A stretch of DNA of 35,704 nt from positions 1-35,704 of the forward strand of contig JBJMHS010000049.1 in the NCBI GenBank assembly GCA_045807245.1. Direction: 5' to 3'. Shown here piece by piece: positions 18,862 through 27,143 of the stretch. Source of the stretch: Actinomycetales bacterium (lineage in GTDB: Bacteria; Actinomycetota; Actinomycetes; Actinomycetales; CAVURS01). A program made the translations under genes and the position numbers. How positions within the stretch are numbered: the first letter of the stretch is position 1; each line of letters starts with the position of its first letter. A model generated the notes under the pieces. It saw only the letters and a program-made list of their open reading frames with translations, was not told the origin of the DNA and ran no database searches.

Positions 18862-19449
18862 TCAGGCGCCGCCGTGTTGGAGCGACTCCCCCACCGTGAG
18901 CTCGCCCTCGCGGAAGCGGCGCGCCACCTCCTCGGTCAGCGCGTCCGTCACCTGCTGCACCCGCTGGCGGTTCAGGCTGACCGCGTGCTCGAGGTCGGCG
19001 ATCCGGACGATGGCCTCGGCGAGCTCGTCGTCCGACAGCTCGTGCGCGTCCGAGACGTGCGGGTCCGCGACGGCCAGCTCGGCCGCCCGCCGGTGCTCGC
19101 CGACGCGGCTCGGCTCGACGTCGAGATGGCGGCCCAGGCCGTGGTCGCGCCGCGGACCCTCCTCGCTGATGGCGGCCACGATGTCGCGGACGATCTCGGC
19201 GTCCGTGCGCTCACCGGGCTCGGGGCTGCTCGGGGTGTCGCCGCGGCGGCTGGACTGCTCGGAGCGCAGCAGGTCGAGCCGTCCCTGCAGCAGGCGCCGG
19301 GCGTAGGACAGGTCGACCTCCTCCTGCTCGGCCTCGTGGCGACGGTCCCGCAGCTCCTCGGGAGTGAGGCCGGACAGGTCTTCCGCATAGCCGGGGGAGA
19401 GCACCCGGTCGATCGGGCGGCGACCGCCGTCCTGGGGCTGGACCGTCAT
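18862..19449 (-). CDS. rsiG: RsiG/AmfC-family c-di-GMP-binding anti-sigma factor
   Basis: Two E-X3-S-X2-R-X3-Q-X3-D motifs: EVDLSYARRLLQGRLD and EHAVSLNRQRVQQVTD; C-terminal EVARRFREGE. Confidence 0.82.
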   Translation of the reverse strand: MTVQPQDGGRRPIDRVLSPGYAEDLSGLTPEELRDRRHEAEQEEVDLSYARRLLQGRLDLLRSEQSSRRGDTPSSPEPGERTDAEIVRDIVAAISEEGPRRDHGLGRHLDVEPSRVGEHRRAAELAVADPHVSDAHELSDDELAEAIVRIADLEHAVSLNRQRVQQVTDALTEEVARRFREGELTVGESLQHGGA

Positions 19450-20330
19450 GCGGAGACCTCGTCCTTCTTCACGTGGGGGTGTGCGGCCGGCGTGCCGAGC
19501 CGCCGGCGTTCCTTGATGGCCAGCAGGCTACGCGCCTCCTCGGTGGTCAGCGGCGGGCGCTGCATCGTCCGGGTGAGGTCCGCTGCGCGTTCGACGAGCT
19601 GGGCGTTGTCCCGAACGGGTACGCCGCGTGCGTAGGACAGGTTGTCCTCCATACCGACCCGCAGGTGGCCGCCCATGGACAGTGACGCGGCCATGATCGG
19701 CAGGTGGCTGCGCCCGATGCCGGTCGCCGACCAGGAGGTGACCTCCGGCGGCAGGGCCGCGACGCCGGCGACCAGCGCCGCCGTCGTACCCGGCATGCCA
19801 CCCGGCACCCCGGTGACGAAGTCGACGTGCACCTTCCCGCCGTACGGCAGTCCATAGGAGTCGAGGAGCCGCTTCATCGCTGCGACGTGCCCGAGGTCGA
19901 AGAGCTCGAACTCCGGGACCACCTCGCGCTCCTGTGCCTGCTGGTAGAGCTGCTCCATGAACGGGTAGGGGTTCAGGAAGACGTCGTTGCCGAAGTTCGT
20001 CGTACCGCAGGTCAGGGAGCACGAGTCGGGGTCGGCGTCGAGCACGGTGAGCCGCTGCTCGAGCGGGTCGTGGACGCTGCCACCCGTGGACAGCTGGATG
20101 ACCAGGTTGGTCTGTTCGCGCAGGGCCTCGACGATGTCGCGCAGCCGGCCCGGGTCCAGCGTCGGTAGGTGGTCCCCGTCGCGGACGTGCAGGTGGATCA
20201 TGGACGCCCCGAGCGCCTCACAGGCCTTGGCCTCGGCGACGACCTCGTCCAGCGTTGTGGGCAGCTGCGGCACGTCGGCCTTGGCCGTCTCCGCCCCGGT
20301 GGGCGCCACCGTGATGAGGGTTCCGGCCAT
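19446..20330 (-). CDS. 3-keto-5-aminohexanoate cleavage (BKACE/DUF849) family protein
   Basis: LITVAPTG, GASMIHLHVRD, IQLSTGG, PEFELFDLGH, GGHLRVGMEDN, NAQLVER; ATG 20330. Confidence 0.9.
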   Translation of the reverse strand: MAGTLITVAPTGAETAKADVPQLPTTLDEVVAEAKACEALGASMIHLHVRDGDHLPTLDPGRLRDIVEALREQTNLVIQLSTGGSVHDPLEQRLTVLDADPDSCSLTCGTTNFGNDVFLNPYPFMEQLYQQAQEREVVPEFELFDLGHVAAMKRLLDSYGLPYGGKVHVDFVTGVPGGMPGTTAALVAGVAALPPEVTSWSATGIGRSHLPIMAASLSMGGHLRVGMEDNLSYARGVPVRDNAQLVERAADLTRTMQRPPLTTEEARSLLAIKERRRLGTPAAHPHVKKDEVSA

Positions 20331-20346
20331 CCCCGCATCCTGCCAG

Positions 20347-20452
20347 CCGTGCTCCCCACCCCGCGCGGTGCTCCCTGGGGCCCGGTGATGGCCGCCATTT
20401 CCGCGCCCCGCAGCAGGGCTGGGGGGAGCACCGCGCGGCAGGGGGAGCACGG
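20347..20452. repeat. Palindromic element C (different sequence, same architecture as A/B)
   Basis: 29-bp terminal IR, 26/29 matched (20347-20375 / 20424-20452); GTGCTCCC at 20349/20368 and GAGCAC at 20426/20445 (19-nt period). Confidence 0.85.
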
Positions 20453-20457
20453 GAAAG

Positions 20458-21498
20458 CTAGGGGGCGACGACGACCTCTTGGGCCGCGGCGATGTCGCCC
20501 ACCTGCAAGGTCGCGTCGACGGCGGTGTTGCGCTTGACCAGCGCCAGCGCGACCGGGCCGAGCTCGTAGTGCCGGGCCGCCGTCGTGACGAACCCCACCC
20601 GCCGGCCGTCCAGCTGCACCTCGTCGCCCTGCTCGGGCAGGCCGTGGCCGGACCCGTCCAGGTGCAACATCACCAGGCGGCGCGGCGGACGGCCCAGGTT
20701 GTGCACCCGGGCCACCGTCTCCTGCCCGCGGTAGCACCCCTTCTGCAGATGTACGGCGGTCCGCAGCCAGTCGACCTCGTGCGGGATGGTCCGGTGGTCG
20801 CTCTCGTGGCCCAGTCGCGGCCGCCAGGCCGCGACGCGCAGGGCCTCCAACGCCCAGGTGCCGGACAGCTCGCGGTCGTCCGTGTACGACGCGAGCTCGC
20901 TGCGCGGGACGATCACCTCGCGCATGGTCCAGCCGGGGTGGTCGAGGTCCGAGACGACCGAGTACGCCGCGCCGCCCTGGGCCAGCAACGGCCAGGGGTC
21001 CGACCAGGCGACCGGCTCACTCGGGCCGGCCTCCCGCCGTACCGGCTCGCCGACCACCGCGAAGTCAGGGGTGACGTCCGCGACCTCCACCCGCAACAGG
21101 AACCGCATCGAGTCCAGCCACGCCGTGAGTGCCGGGGACGTCCCCGGCTCGACGGTGACCCAGGTCGTGCTGCCGTCGTCGACGAGGTGCAGGTCGTGTT
21201 CGACGTGCCCGTGCGGTGACAGCACCAGCGACTCCGTCGAGCTGTACGGCGCGAGCCCGGTGAGCTGCTGCGTGGTCAGCGAGTGCAGCCAGCTCAGCCG
21301 GTCGGGCCCGGTCACGGTCACGACACCACGATGCGAGAGGTCGACCGCGCCGACGCCCTCGACCAGGCGGCGCTGCTCAGCCATCGGGTCGCCGTAGTGC
21401 CAGGCGACCCCTGCGTCCGCACCCTCGGCGGCGACGGCACCCGGGCGCGCCAGCAACGGGCTGGGCCCGTACGTGGGGGCTGCTGCGTCGGTGCTCAT
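20458..21498 (-). CDS. ygfZ: Folate-binding YgfZ/GcvT-family protein
   Basis: WHYGDP, DLSHRGVVTVTGPDRLSWLH, signature KGCYRGQETVAR. Confidence 0.9.
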   Translation of the reverse strand: MSTDAAAPTYGPSPLLARPGAVAAEGADAGVAWHYGDPMAEQRRLVEGVGAVDLSHRGVVTVTGPDRLSWLHSLTTQQLTGLAPYSSTESLVLSPHGHVEHDLHLVDDGSTTWVTVEPGTSPALTAWLDSMRFLLRVEVADVTPDFAVVGEPVRREAGPSEPVAWSDPWPLLAQGGAAYSVVSDLDHPGWTMREVIVPRSELASYTDDRELSGTWALEALRVAAWRPRLGHESDHRTIPHEVDWLRTAVHLQKGCYRGQETVARVHNLGRPPRRLVMLHLDGSGHGLPEQGDEVQLDGRRVGFVTTAARHYELGPVALALVKRNTAVDATLQVGDIAAAQEVVVAP

Positions 21499-21535
21499 GG
21501 CCCCTTCAGCGTCCCATGCCGCCGGATGCTTCCCG

Positions 21536-22168
21536 TCAGGCGGCGCCGAGTGCGCCCGCGGCCTTGAGCGCCGCGGTGTCCGCCGCAACCAGCGAGGCGA
21601 GCTCCCGGCTCAGCTGGTCCAGGCCGGAGTCGAACTGCTGGACGCCGGAGCGCACCGGCGCGAACAGGGCCGCCGGGTCGACGGCCTGGATCTGCGCCCG
21701 GGCCGAGTCCACGCCGGCCTTCGCGTCGACCAGAGGTGTCTTCAGCCGCCCGGCCGCCGCCACCAGCTCGCGCGGCGTCAGACCGGCAGCGGTGTCCCGC
21801 AGGGCGTGGACGTCGCTCGCGGCCGACGCGAGGGGCGGCAGGGCGTCGATGGTCAGCCCGTGCCCCGCAACGGCCACGACATGGACGGCGCGCATGTCGT
21901 CGCCGACGACCGGCAGGTGCCCGAACCCGCGCCAGACCACGTCGCCGGTCAGGCTGACGGCGCTCTGGGTCTCCGACTGGAGCTCGCGCAGCGTCGTCCG
22001 GGCCGGCGCCGCATCGCCGCGCTCGACCTGCGTCTGGAGCCGTTGCACGAGGTCCGCGGAGTTCTGCAGGTGGTCCTTGGCCAGCCAGCCCCGGACGCCG
22101 ACCCATACCACCAGCAAGACGGCGACCAGCACGACCAGGAAGGCCAGGCGCATCAGGGCGCGGGCCAC
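21536..22168 (-). CDS. Membrane-anchored helical protein resembling the N-terminal region of DUF4012 proteins
   Basis: N-terminal TM, WVGVRGWLAKDHL, TGDVVWRGFGHLPVVGDDMRAV; fills the gap between FABP and ygfZ on the same strand. Confidence 0.6.
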   Translation of the reverse strand: MARALMRLAFLVVLVAVLLVVWVGVRGWLAKDHLQNSADLVQRLQTQVERGDAAPARTTLRELQSETQSAVSLTGDVVWRGFGHLPVVGDDMRAVHVVAVAGHGLTIDALPPLASAASDVHALRDTAAGLTPRELVAAAGRLKTPLVDAKAGVDSARAQIQAVDPAALFAPVRSGVQQFDSGLDQLSRELASLVAADTAALKAAGALGAA

Positions 22169-22169
22169 G

Positions 22170-22766
22170 TCACCCGACCCGCTTCAGCTGGGCCGAGGCG
22201 TGCGAGGTGATCGGATGCCCGACGGCCGCCATGTCCATGGCCCACAGCAGGTCCCCGTTGACCAGCCCGTAGATCCGGGTGGCCGCGGAGTAGTCCTTGG
22301 CGGTCTGCGTCCGGGCGACCAGGTCGGTCTGGAGGTTGATCTGTGCTCCTTCGACGGAGCCGACGTAGATCTCGACGTACCCGGTGGGATGGGCCAGCAG
22401 GAACTCGACCGCGAACCCGTTCGTGGCCACCGCCGCATCATCCGAACCATCGGAACCATCGGGCGCACCCGCGTCTCCCGAACCAGCGGCGACACCGGCG
22501 TCACTCGCGCCGTCCGATGCCGGGCCGGCCACCCGCCAGAACCCGCTCTCCACCGCGAGCGGCCGGACCTTCGACCCCGCGTCGTCGAGCAGCCAGGCCC
22601 GGCTGTCCCAGCGCAGGAACGGCCGCCCGTCGTGCGATACCTCGAGCTCCTGGCCGAAGTTCGCCGACTCCATGGTCGGGTAGCCGACGACCCCCGCGCC
22701 CTCCCAGCGGCCGAGCAGCCAGGCGAGGGGCACCAGAGCCGGAGCGAGGTCGCTCGGGATCTCCAT
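22170..22766 (-). CDS. FABP-like / nitrobindin (DUF1794) family protein
   Basis: LVPLAWLLGRWEGAG, SHDGRPFL, ESGFWR, LLAHPTG, RIYGLVNGDLLWAMDMAA, SHASAQLKR; ATG 22766 preceded by TACCCT. Confidence 0.88.
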   Translation of the reverse strand: MEIPSDLAPALVPLAWLLGRWEGAGVVGYPTMESANFGQELEVSHDGRPFLRWDSRAWLLDDAGSKVRPLAVESGFWRVAGPASDGASDAGVAAGSGDAGAPDGSDGSDDAAVATNGFAVEFLLAHPTGYVEIYVGSVEGAQINLQTDLVARTQTAKDYSAATRIYGLVNGDLLWAMDMAAVGHPITSHASAQLKRVG

Positions 22767-22786
22767 CCGGGCAGGGTAACGAGAGG

Positions 22787-23623
22787 TCAGCCGACCAGCA
22801 GCCGGGCGAGCACATAGGCCGAGATGCCGCTGGTGGCGATCGGCGCGACCGCGAGGGCCACCGCCGCGGGCAGGAAGGCGAGCACCGGCCGGGCCGAGAA
22901 CAGCCGGCGCAGGAACGCGACGGCCACGGCGTGGGCGAGCCCGACCACCGCACCGAACGCGATCCGCACGTCGGGCACCAGGCCCGCCGCGAGCGCAGCG
23001 GCGGACGTCGACGCGACGAAGGCCGGCAGCATCATGAGCCGCTCGGGCAGCGGCACGAGCTGGACCAGCGCGACGGCGGCCACTGCTGCGGCCAGGGTCA
23101 GTACGGCGTCCGCGCCACCCTTGGTGCGCGGGAGTCCTACGACGGCGGCACCGCAGGCGATGAGCGCGACGGCCATCAGCTCGCCGGACAGCGACTCCAC
23201 CAGGCGGGGCCGGCCGTCCCGGCGGGTCAGCTGATGCAGGAAGCACACGACGACTCCGCCGCCGGCAGCGAGCGCGAGCCAGTCGAGCAGCGGGTCGTCC
23301 CGGGTCGCCGCGACCGCGACGTCGGCGAGGACGGCGCAGACACCCAGCGCCACCGTCGTACTCCGCGGGGCCGGGAGCTCGAGCAGCGTGGGCCACCCCC
23401 AGACCGTGACACCGGCGACGACGAGCGCGGCGGCGCCCAGGGCCCAGGAGCCGGCGTACGCCGTCACGGCGAGCAGTGCCGCGCAGGCGAGTGCGGTCAG
23501 GGCCGGCCACCAGCGGTCGGCCGGCCTGAGGGCCGGTACGACGCTGGCGGAGGCCGCCTCGACCGACTCCGGCGCCGGGTCGCTCGAACGCTCGGCCACG
23601 GGGTCGCCGGAGGGTTCGGTCAT
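22787..23623 (-). CDS. Multi-pass membrane protein, function unknown (start 23623 or 23641)
   Basis: About 8-9 hydrophobic segments; WGWPTLLELPAP and FLHQLTRRDGRPRLVESLS; ATG 4 nt after the MoaD-like stop. Confidence 0.7.
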   Translation of the reverse strand: MTEPSGDPVAERSSDPAPESVEAASASVVPALRPADRWWPALTALACAALLAVTAYAGSWALGAAALVVAGVTVWGWPTLLELPAPRSTTVALGVCAVLADVAVAATRDDPLLDWLALAAGGGVVVCFLHQLTRRDGRPRLVESLSGELMAVALIACGAAVVGLPRTKGGADAVLTLAAAVAAVALVQLVPLPERLMMLPAFVASTSAAALAAGLVPDVRIAFGAVVGLAHAVAVAFLRRLFSARPVLAFLPAAVALAVAPIATSGISAYVLARLLVG

Positions 23624-23627
23624 CTGG

Positions 23628-23867
23628 TCAGCCACCGGCAAAGGGTGGCAGAACCTCGACGACGTCGCCGTCCACCAGCGCGCGGGAGGGCTGGCTGAGC
23701 TGGCCGCCCACGAGCAGCGAGCTGACGCTGAGGACCTGGGCCAGGGCGGGGGTGCGGTGCGCCAGCTGGCGGACGAGGTCGCCCAGCGCGTCGGCCGCGA
23801 CGGACTCCTCGTCCTGCCCGGCCGCGTCCCGCGCGCCGGCCCAGTACCGGACCGTCACCTGCGCCAC
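23628..23867 (-). CDS. MoaD/ThiS-family ubiquitin-like sulfur carrier
   Basis: GGGAGG RBS, GTG 23867; VTVRYWAGARDAAG...VEVLPPFAGG with C-terminal GG. Confidence 0.9.
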   Translation of the reverse strand: MAQVTVRYWAGARDAAGQDEESVAADALGDLVRQLAHRTPALAQVLSVSSLLVGGQLSQPSRALVDGDVVEVLPPFAGG

Positions 23868-24040
23868 TGCACCTCCCTGGCTTCGGCCGCCCCGCAGCCG
23901 TCTGAGTTTTCGCCGTCCATCCGGGCGACGTCTGCCGTGCACTATTCTGTCGCCCGTCGGCCAGCGTTGCCCGATCCAGCAGACCCCAAGCAGTCGAAGC
24001 CCTGCGCTTTCCTCAGCAGCTCGCCGGAAGGTCCCTGATC

Positions 24041-24751
24041 GTGGCCCAGCTCCTGCTCCTGACCAACGCGCTCGAGCCGAGTGCGCAGGTCCTGCCGGCC
24101 CTGGCCCTGCTCGGGCACCACGTACGCGTGCTTCCCGCCGAGGCCTCAGCGCTGGTCGAGACCCCGCCGGCCGACGCCGTCCTGGTCGACGGCCGCCGCG
24201 AGCTGGCCCAGACCCGGTCCCTGTGCCGGCTGCTGCGGACCACAGGTGTGTCCGCGCCGCTGGTCGTGATCCTCACCGAGGGCGGCCTGGCCGGCATCAG
24301 CTCCGAGTGGGGCGTCGACGACGTGCTGCTCGACACGAGCGGCCCGGCCGAGGTCGAGGCCCGGCTGCGACTGGCGATCGGCCGGGTCAAGGCCGAGGAC
24401 GAGGACGACCTGCCGCCGGAGATCCGCGCGGGCGACGTCGTCATCGACGAGACGGCGTACACGGCACGGGTGCGCGGCCGGATCCTGGACCTGACGTACA
24501 AGGAGTTCGAGCTGCTCAAGCACCTGGCCCAGCACCCGGGCCGGGTCTACACGCGGGCCCAGCTCCTGCAGGAGGTCTGGGGCTACGACTACTACGGGGG
24601 CACCCGCACGGTGGACGTCCACGTGCGCCGGCTGCGGGCGAAGCTCGGCCCTGACCACGATGCGCTGATCGGCACCGTGCGCAACGTCGGCTACCGCTTC
24701 GTGCCGCCGAGCCGTCCGCGCGACGAGGCGAACGAGGTCGTCGACGCCTGA
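24041..24751 (+). CDS. glnR: Nitrogen regulator GlnR (orphan OmpR family)
   Basis: [76 protein letters not shown]; located between moaD-like and mshD. Confidence 0.9.
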   Translation: MAQLLLLTNALEPSAQVLPALALLGHHVRVLPAEASALVETPPADAVLVDGRRELAQTRSLCRLLRTTGVSAPLVVILTEGGLAGISSEWGVDDVLLDTSGPAEVEARLRLAIGRVKAEDEDDLPPEIRAGDVVIDETAYTARVRGRILDLTYKEFELLKHLAQHPGRVYTRAQLLQEVWGYDYYGGTRTVDVHVRRLRAKLGPDHDALIGTVRNVGYRFVPPSRPRDEANEVVDA

Positions 24752-24775
24752 GCCGCGGCTGCGGGGCCGGCTCAG
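24748..24775. terminator. Short hairpin spanning both convergent stop codons
   Basis: CTGAGCCG-N12-CGGCTCAG, same 8-bp stem as 7360-7380. Confidence 0.4.
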
Positions 24776-25779
24776 CCGGCGACCCGGAAGGTACGGCGGA
24801 AGGCCTGCGGCGTCGTACCGCGGACCAGGCCGAAGTGATGGCGCAGCGTCGCTGCGTTGCCGAACCCGGCCAGCTCCGCGACCCGCTCGATCGGCTCGTC
24901 GCTCGACTCGAGCAGCTGCTGCGCGCGCAGGACGCGCTGGACCACCAGCCAGCGATGCGGCGTCGTACCTGTCTCGGCCTTGAACCGTCGGGCGAACGTG
25001 CGCGCCGACATATGGGCGCGGGCGGCGAGCTCCTCGACGGTCAGCTCGACGTCCAGGTGAGCACTCATCCAGTCGAGCAGGCCGGAGATGGACGCCGACA
25101 GCGAGCCGCTCGTGGGCGCGGGCATGGGCACGTCGATGAACTGCGCCTGGCCGCCGTCGCGGTGTGGCGGCACGACCATCCGCCGGGCCAGGGCGTTCGC
25201 GACCTCGCTGCCCTGGATCTCGCGGACCAGGTGGAGGCACAGGTCGATGCCGGCCGCCGTGCCGGCACTGGTCAGGACCCCGGCGTCGCCGACGTAGAGC
25301 ACGTCCGGCTGGATGTGCGCCAGCGGGAAGCGGCGGCGGAGGGCGTCCGTGTACTGCCAGTGGGTCGTGCACCGGCGGCCGTCGAGCAGCCCGGCCAGGC
25401 CCAGCCCGAACGCGCCCGAGCAGACGCTCATGACCATGGCTCCGCGGGCATGCGCCGCGACGATGGCCTCGAGCATCGGGTCCGGCAGCCGGCCTCCCGG
25501 CTCGGCCGCAGCCGTGCGGTACGCGGGCATCGCCACGAGGTCGGCCGCCTCGAGCCGGTCCAGCCCCTCGGCGACCGTGATCGAGAAACCGCTGCCGGTC
25601 TGCACCTGGCCCGGTCGGTCGCTCGCCAGCGCGAACCGGTACGGCGGGAAGCCGTCCCCGGTGCGGTCGGTGCCGAAGACCTCGCACAGCACGCCGAGCT
25701 CGAACGCTGCGACGCCCTCGGGTGCGAGCACGACGACGTCGTCCAGCCGGGCGCCAGCCGGGATGCCTGTCTCTGCCAT
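24772..25779 (-). CDS. GlxA-family (DJ-1/PfpI + AraC HTH) transcriptional regulator
   Basis: FELGVLCEVFG, SVCSGAF, GLLDGRRCTTHW, TSAGTAAGIDLCLH, PHRDGGQAQFI, MSARTFARRF, AGFGNAATLRHHF. Confidence 0.93.
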   Translation of the reverse strand: MAETGIPAGARLDDVVVLAPEGVAAFELGVLCEVFGTDRTGDGFPPYRFALASDRPGQVQTGSGFSITVAEGLDRLEAADLVAMPAYRTAAAEPGGRLPDPMLEAIVAAHARGAMVMSVCSGAFGLGLAGLLDGRRCTTHWQYTDALRRRFPLAHIQPDVLYVGDAGVLTSAGTAAGIDLCLHLVREIQGSEVANALARRMVVPPHRDGGQAQFIDVPMPAPTSGSLSASISGLLDWMSAHLDVELTVEELAARAHMSARTFARRFKAETGTTPHRWLVVQRVLRAQQLLESSDEPIERVAELAGFGNAATLRHHFGLVRGTTPQAFRRTFRVAG

Positions 25780-25789
25780 GACGGGAGTC

Positions 25790-25835
25790 TGGCAGAGATT
25801 TGGCAGAAAATCGAGGTACTACGTCAGTCCTGCCA
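25790..25835. promoter_or_regulatory. Putative operator between the GlxA-family regulator and the small divergent ORF
   Basis: TGGCAGA at 25790 and 25801; TGGCAG-N23-CTGCCA inverted pair (25801-25835). Confidence 0.5.
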
Positions 25836-25903
25836 CTGGCTCGCGGCGACGGGCGAGAGCACTCTGGTCAGTGACGGAAGCCGAACGAGAAGGGACCGGG
25901 ACA

Positions 25904-26089
25904 ATGACCGCTTTGCTGGCACTCGCCGCATTCATCGTGTTGATCGAGGTCGCGGTCGTCCGGGGCTGGGTCGCGGACTCACGGGACGGGCGTGACTGGA
26001 ACGTCGGCAGCGCCGCGCGCGGCCGGCACGGCGTCGTGCATCCGCCGGCCTCCTGGCTCGACGACGACCACCGGTCCACCGCCGCCTGA
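25904..26089 (+). CDS. Small (61 aa) single-TM protein with ADSRDGRDW motif
   Basis: GAGAAGGGA RBS-like sequence, ATG 25904; MTALLALAAFIVLIEVAVVRGWVADSRDGRDW...; fills the intergenic gap. Confidence 0.65.
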   Translation: MTALLALAAFIVLIEVAVVRGWVADSRDGRDWNVGSAARGRHGVVHPPASWLDDDHRSTAA

Positions 26090-26142
26090 CGCCGACTCGT
26101 CGTACCGGCCGGGCTGCGTGGCGGGCCAGACATACTCGGCGC

Positions 26143-27072
26143 GTGCATAACGGTGGCCGAGAGGGCGACATGCGGGGTGTCGACGCGGCCACCGACGAGG
26201 ACCTCGCTGAGCTCCCCGCGGTCATCTCGGCGGCTCGGGCCGCGGACGGCGTGGACCCCTGGTCCGAGCATGCTCGGCTGCATGCGGCGCGGGGCGGCGG
26301 GACGAACCTCGTCGTGCGCATCGGGCCTCGGACCGCGGGCTTCGCCCACCTCGACCTGGAGGACGGGGCCGGGACGGGTGAGGTGGTGGTGGACCCCGGG
26401 CTGCGGCGACGCGGCGTCGGCACGGCGTTGCTGCGGGGTCTGGCCGAGGCCGCGGCGCCGGCCGGCCTACGTGTCTGGGCCCACGGCCGGCTGCCGGCCG
26501 CGGAGGCACTGGCCGCTCGGCTCGAGATGGCGGAGGTGCGGGAGCTGCGCCAGCTCCATCGGGCGCTGACCGGTCCGGACGTGGAACAGCCGCCCGACGC
26601 GGGGCTGCCGCAGCAGTTTCGGCTTCGGCCGTTCCGCGTGGGTGAGGACGAGCAGGCCTGGCTGCAGGTGAATGCCCGGGCCTTCGCCGGGCATCCGGAG
26701 CAGGGCCGCTGGACGATCGAGGACCTGCGCGACCGGGAAGGCACGGACTGGTTCGACCCCGACGGCTTCCTCCTGGCGGAGGTGGTGGCCGAACCGGGCC
26801 GCCTGGCCGGCTTCCACTGGACAAAGCAACATGCCCGCCCCGGCGGCCCACCGCTCGGGGAGGTGTACGTCGTGGGGCTCGACCCGGCGTACCAGGGTCA
26901 CGGGCTCGGCTCGGTGATGACCCTGGCTGGGCTGCGGTACCTGCGTTCGCGGGGCCTGGACGAGGTGATCCTGTACGTCGACGGCGACAACGCCGCGGCG
27001 ATCGCGACCTACGCCCGGCTCGGCTTCACCACGTCCCTGGTGGACGTCATGTACGCGTGGCCGCGGGCCTGA
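26143..27072 (+). CDS. mshD: Mycothiol synthase (tandem GNAT); alternative start ATG 26170
   Basis: [69 protein letters not shown] lies 6 nt before GTG 26143. Confidence 0.94.
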   Translation: MHNGGREGDMRGVDAATDEDLAELPAVISAARAADGVDPWSEHARLHAARGGGTNLVVRIGPRTAGFAHLDLEDGAGTGEVVVDPGLRRRGVGTALLRGLAEAAAPAGLRVWAHGRLPAAEALAARLEMAEVRELRQLHRALTGPDVEQPPDAGLPQQFRLRPFRVGEDEQAWLQVNARAFAGHPEQGRWTIEDLRDREGTDWFDPDGFLLAEVVAEPGRLAGFHWTKQHARPGGPPLGEVYVVGLDPAYQGHGLGSVMTLAGLRYLRSRGLDEVILYVDGDNAAAIATYARLGFTTSLVDVMYAWPRA

Positions 27073-27092
27073 CCTGGGCCGTTGCCGGATGT

Positions 27093-27136
27093 GGTCGCCC
27101 TCCCGTCTCCCGCCGTTCACGTGTCGGTGTCACCAT
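27093..27136 (+). promoter_or_regulatory. Degenerate PHO-box-like repeats and possible -10 of ppk1
   Basis: 11-nt phased GGTCGCC (27093), CGTCTCC (27104), GTTCACG (27115); CACCAT at 27131. Confidence 0.5.
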
Positions 27137-27143
27137 GAATGGC

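Noticed and set aside
5389..20452. Elements A/B/C as IS ends, tRNA or a named ncRNA
   Set aside because: No transposase or target-site duplication, no cloverleaf, and no RNA family I can recognise; kept as unexplained repeats.
22767..23510. 446-aa extended FABP ORF
   Set aside because: The extension is Arg/Pro-rich off-frame translation of the upstream membrane gene; the real start is 22766.
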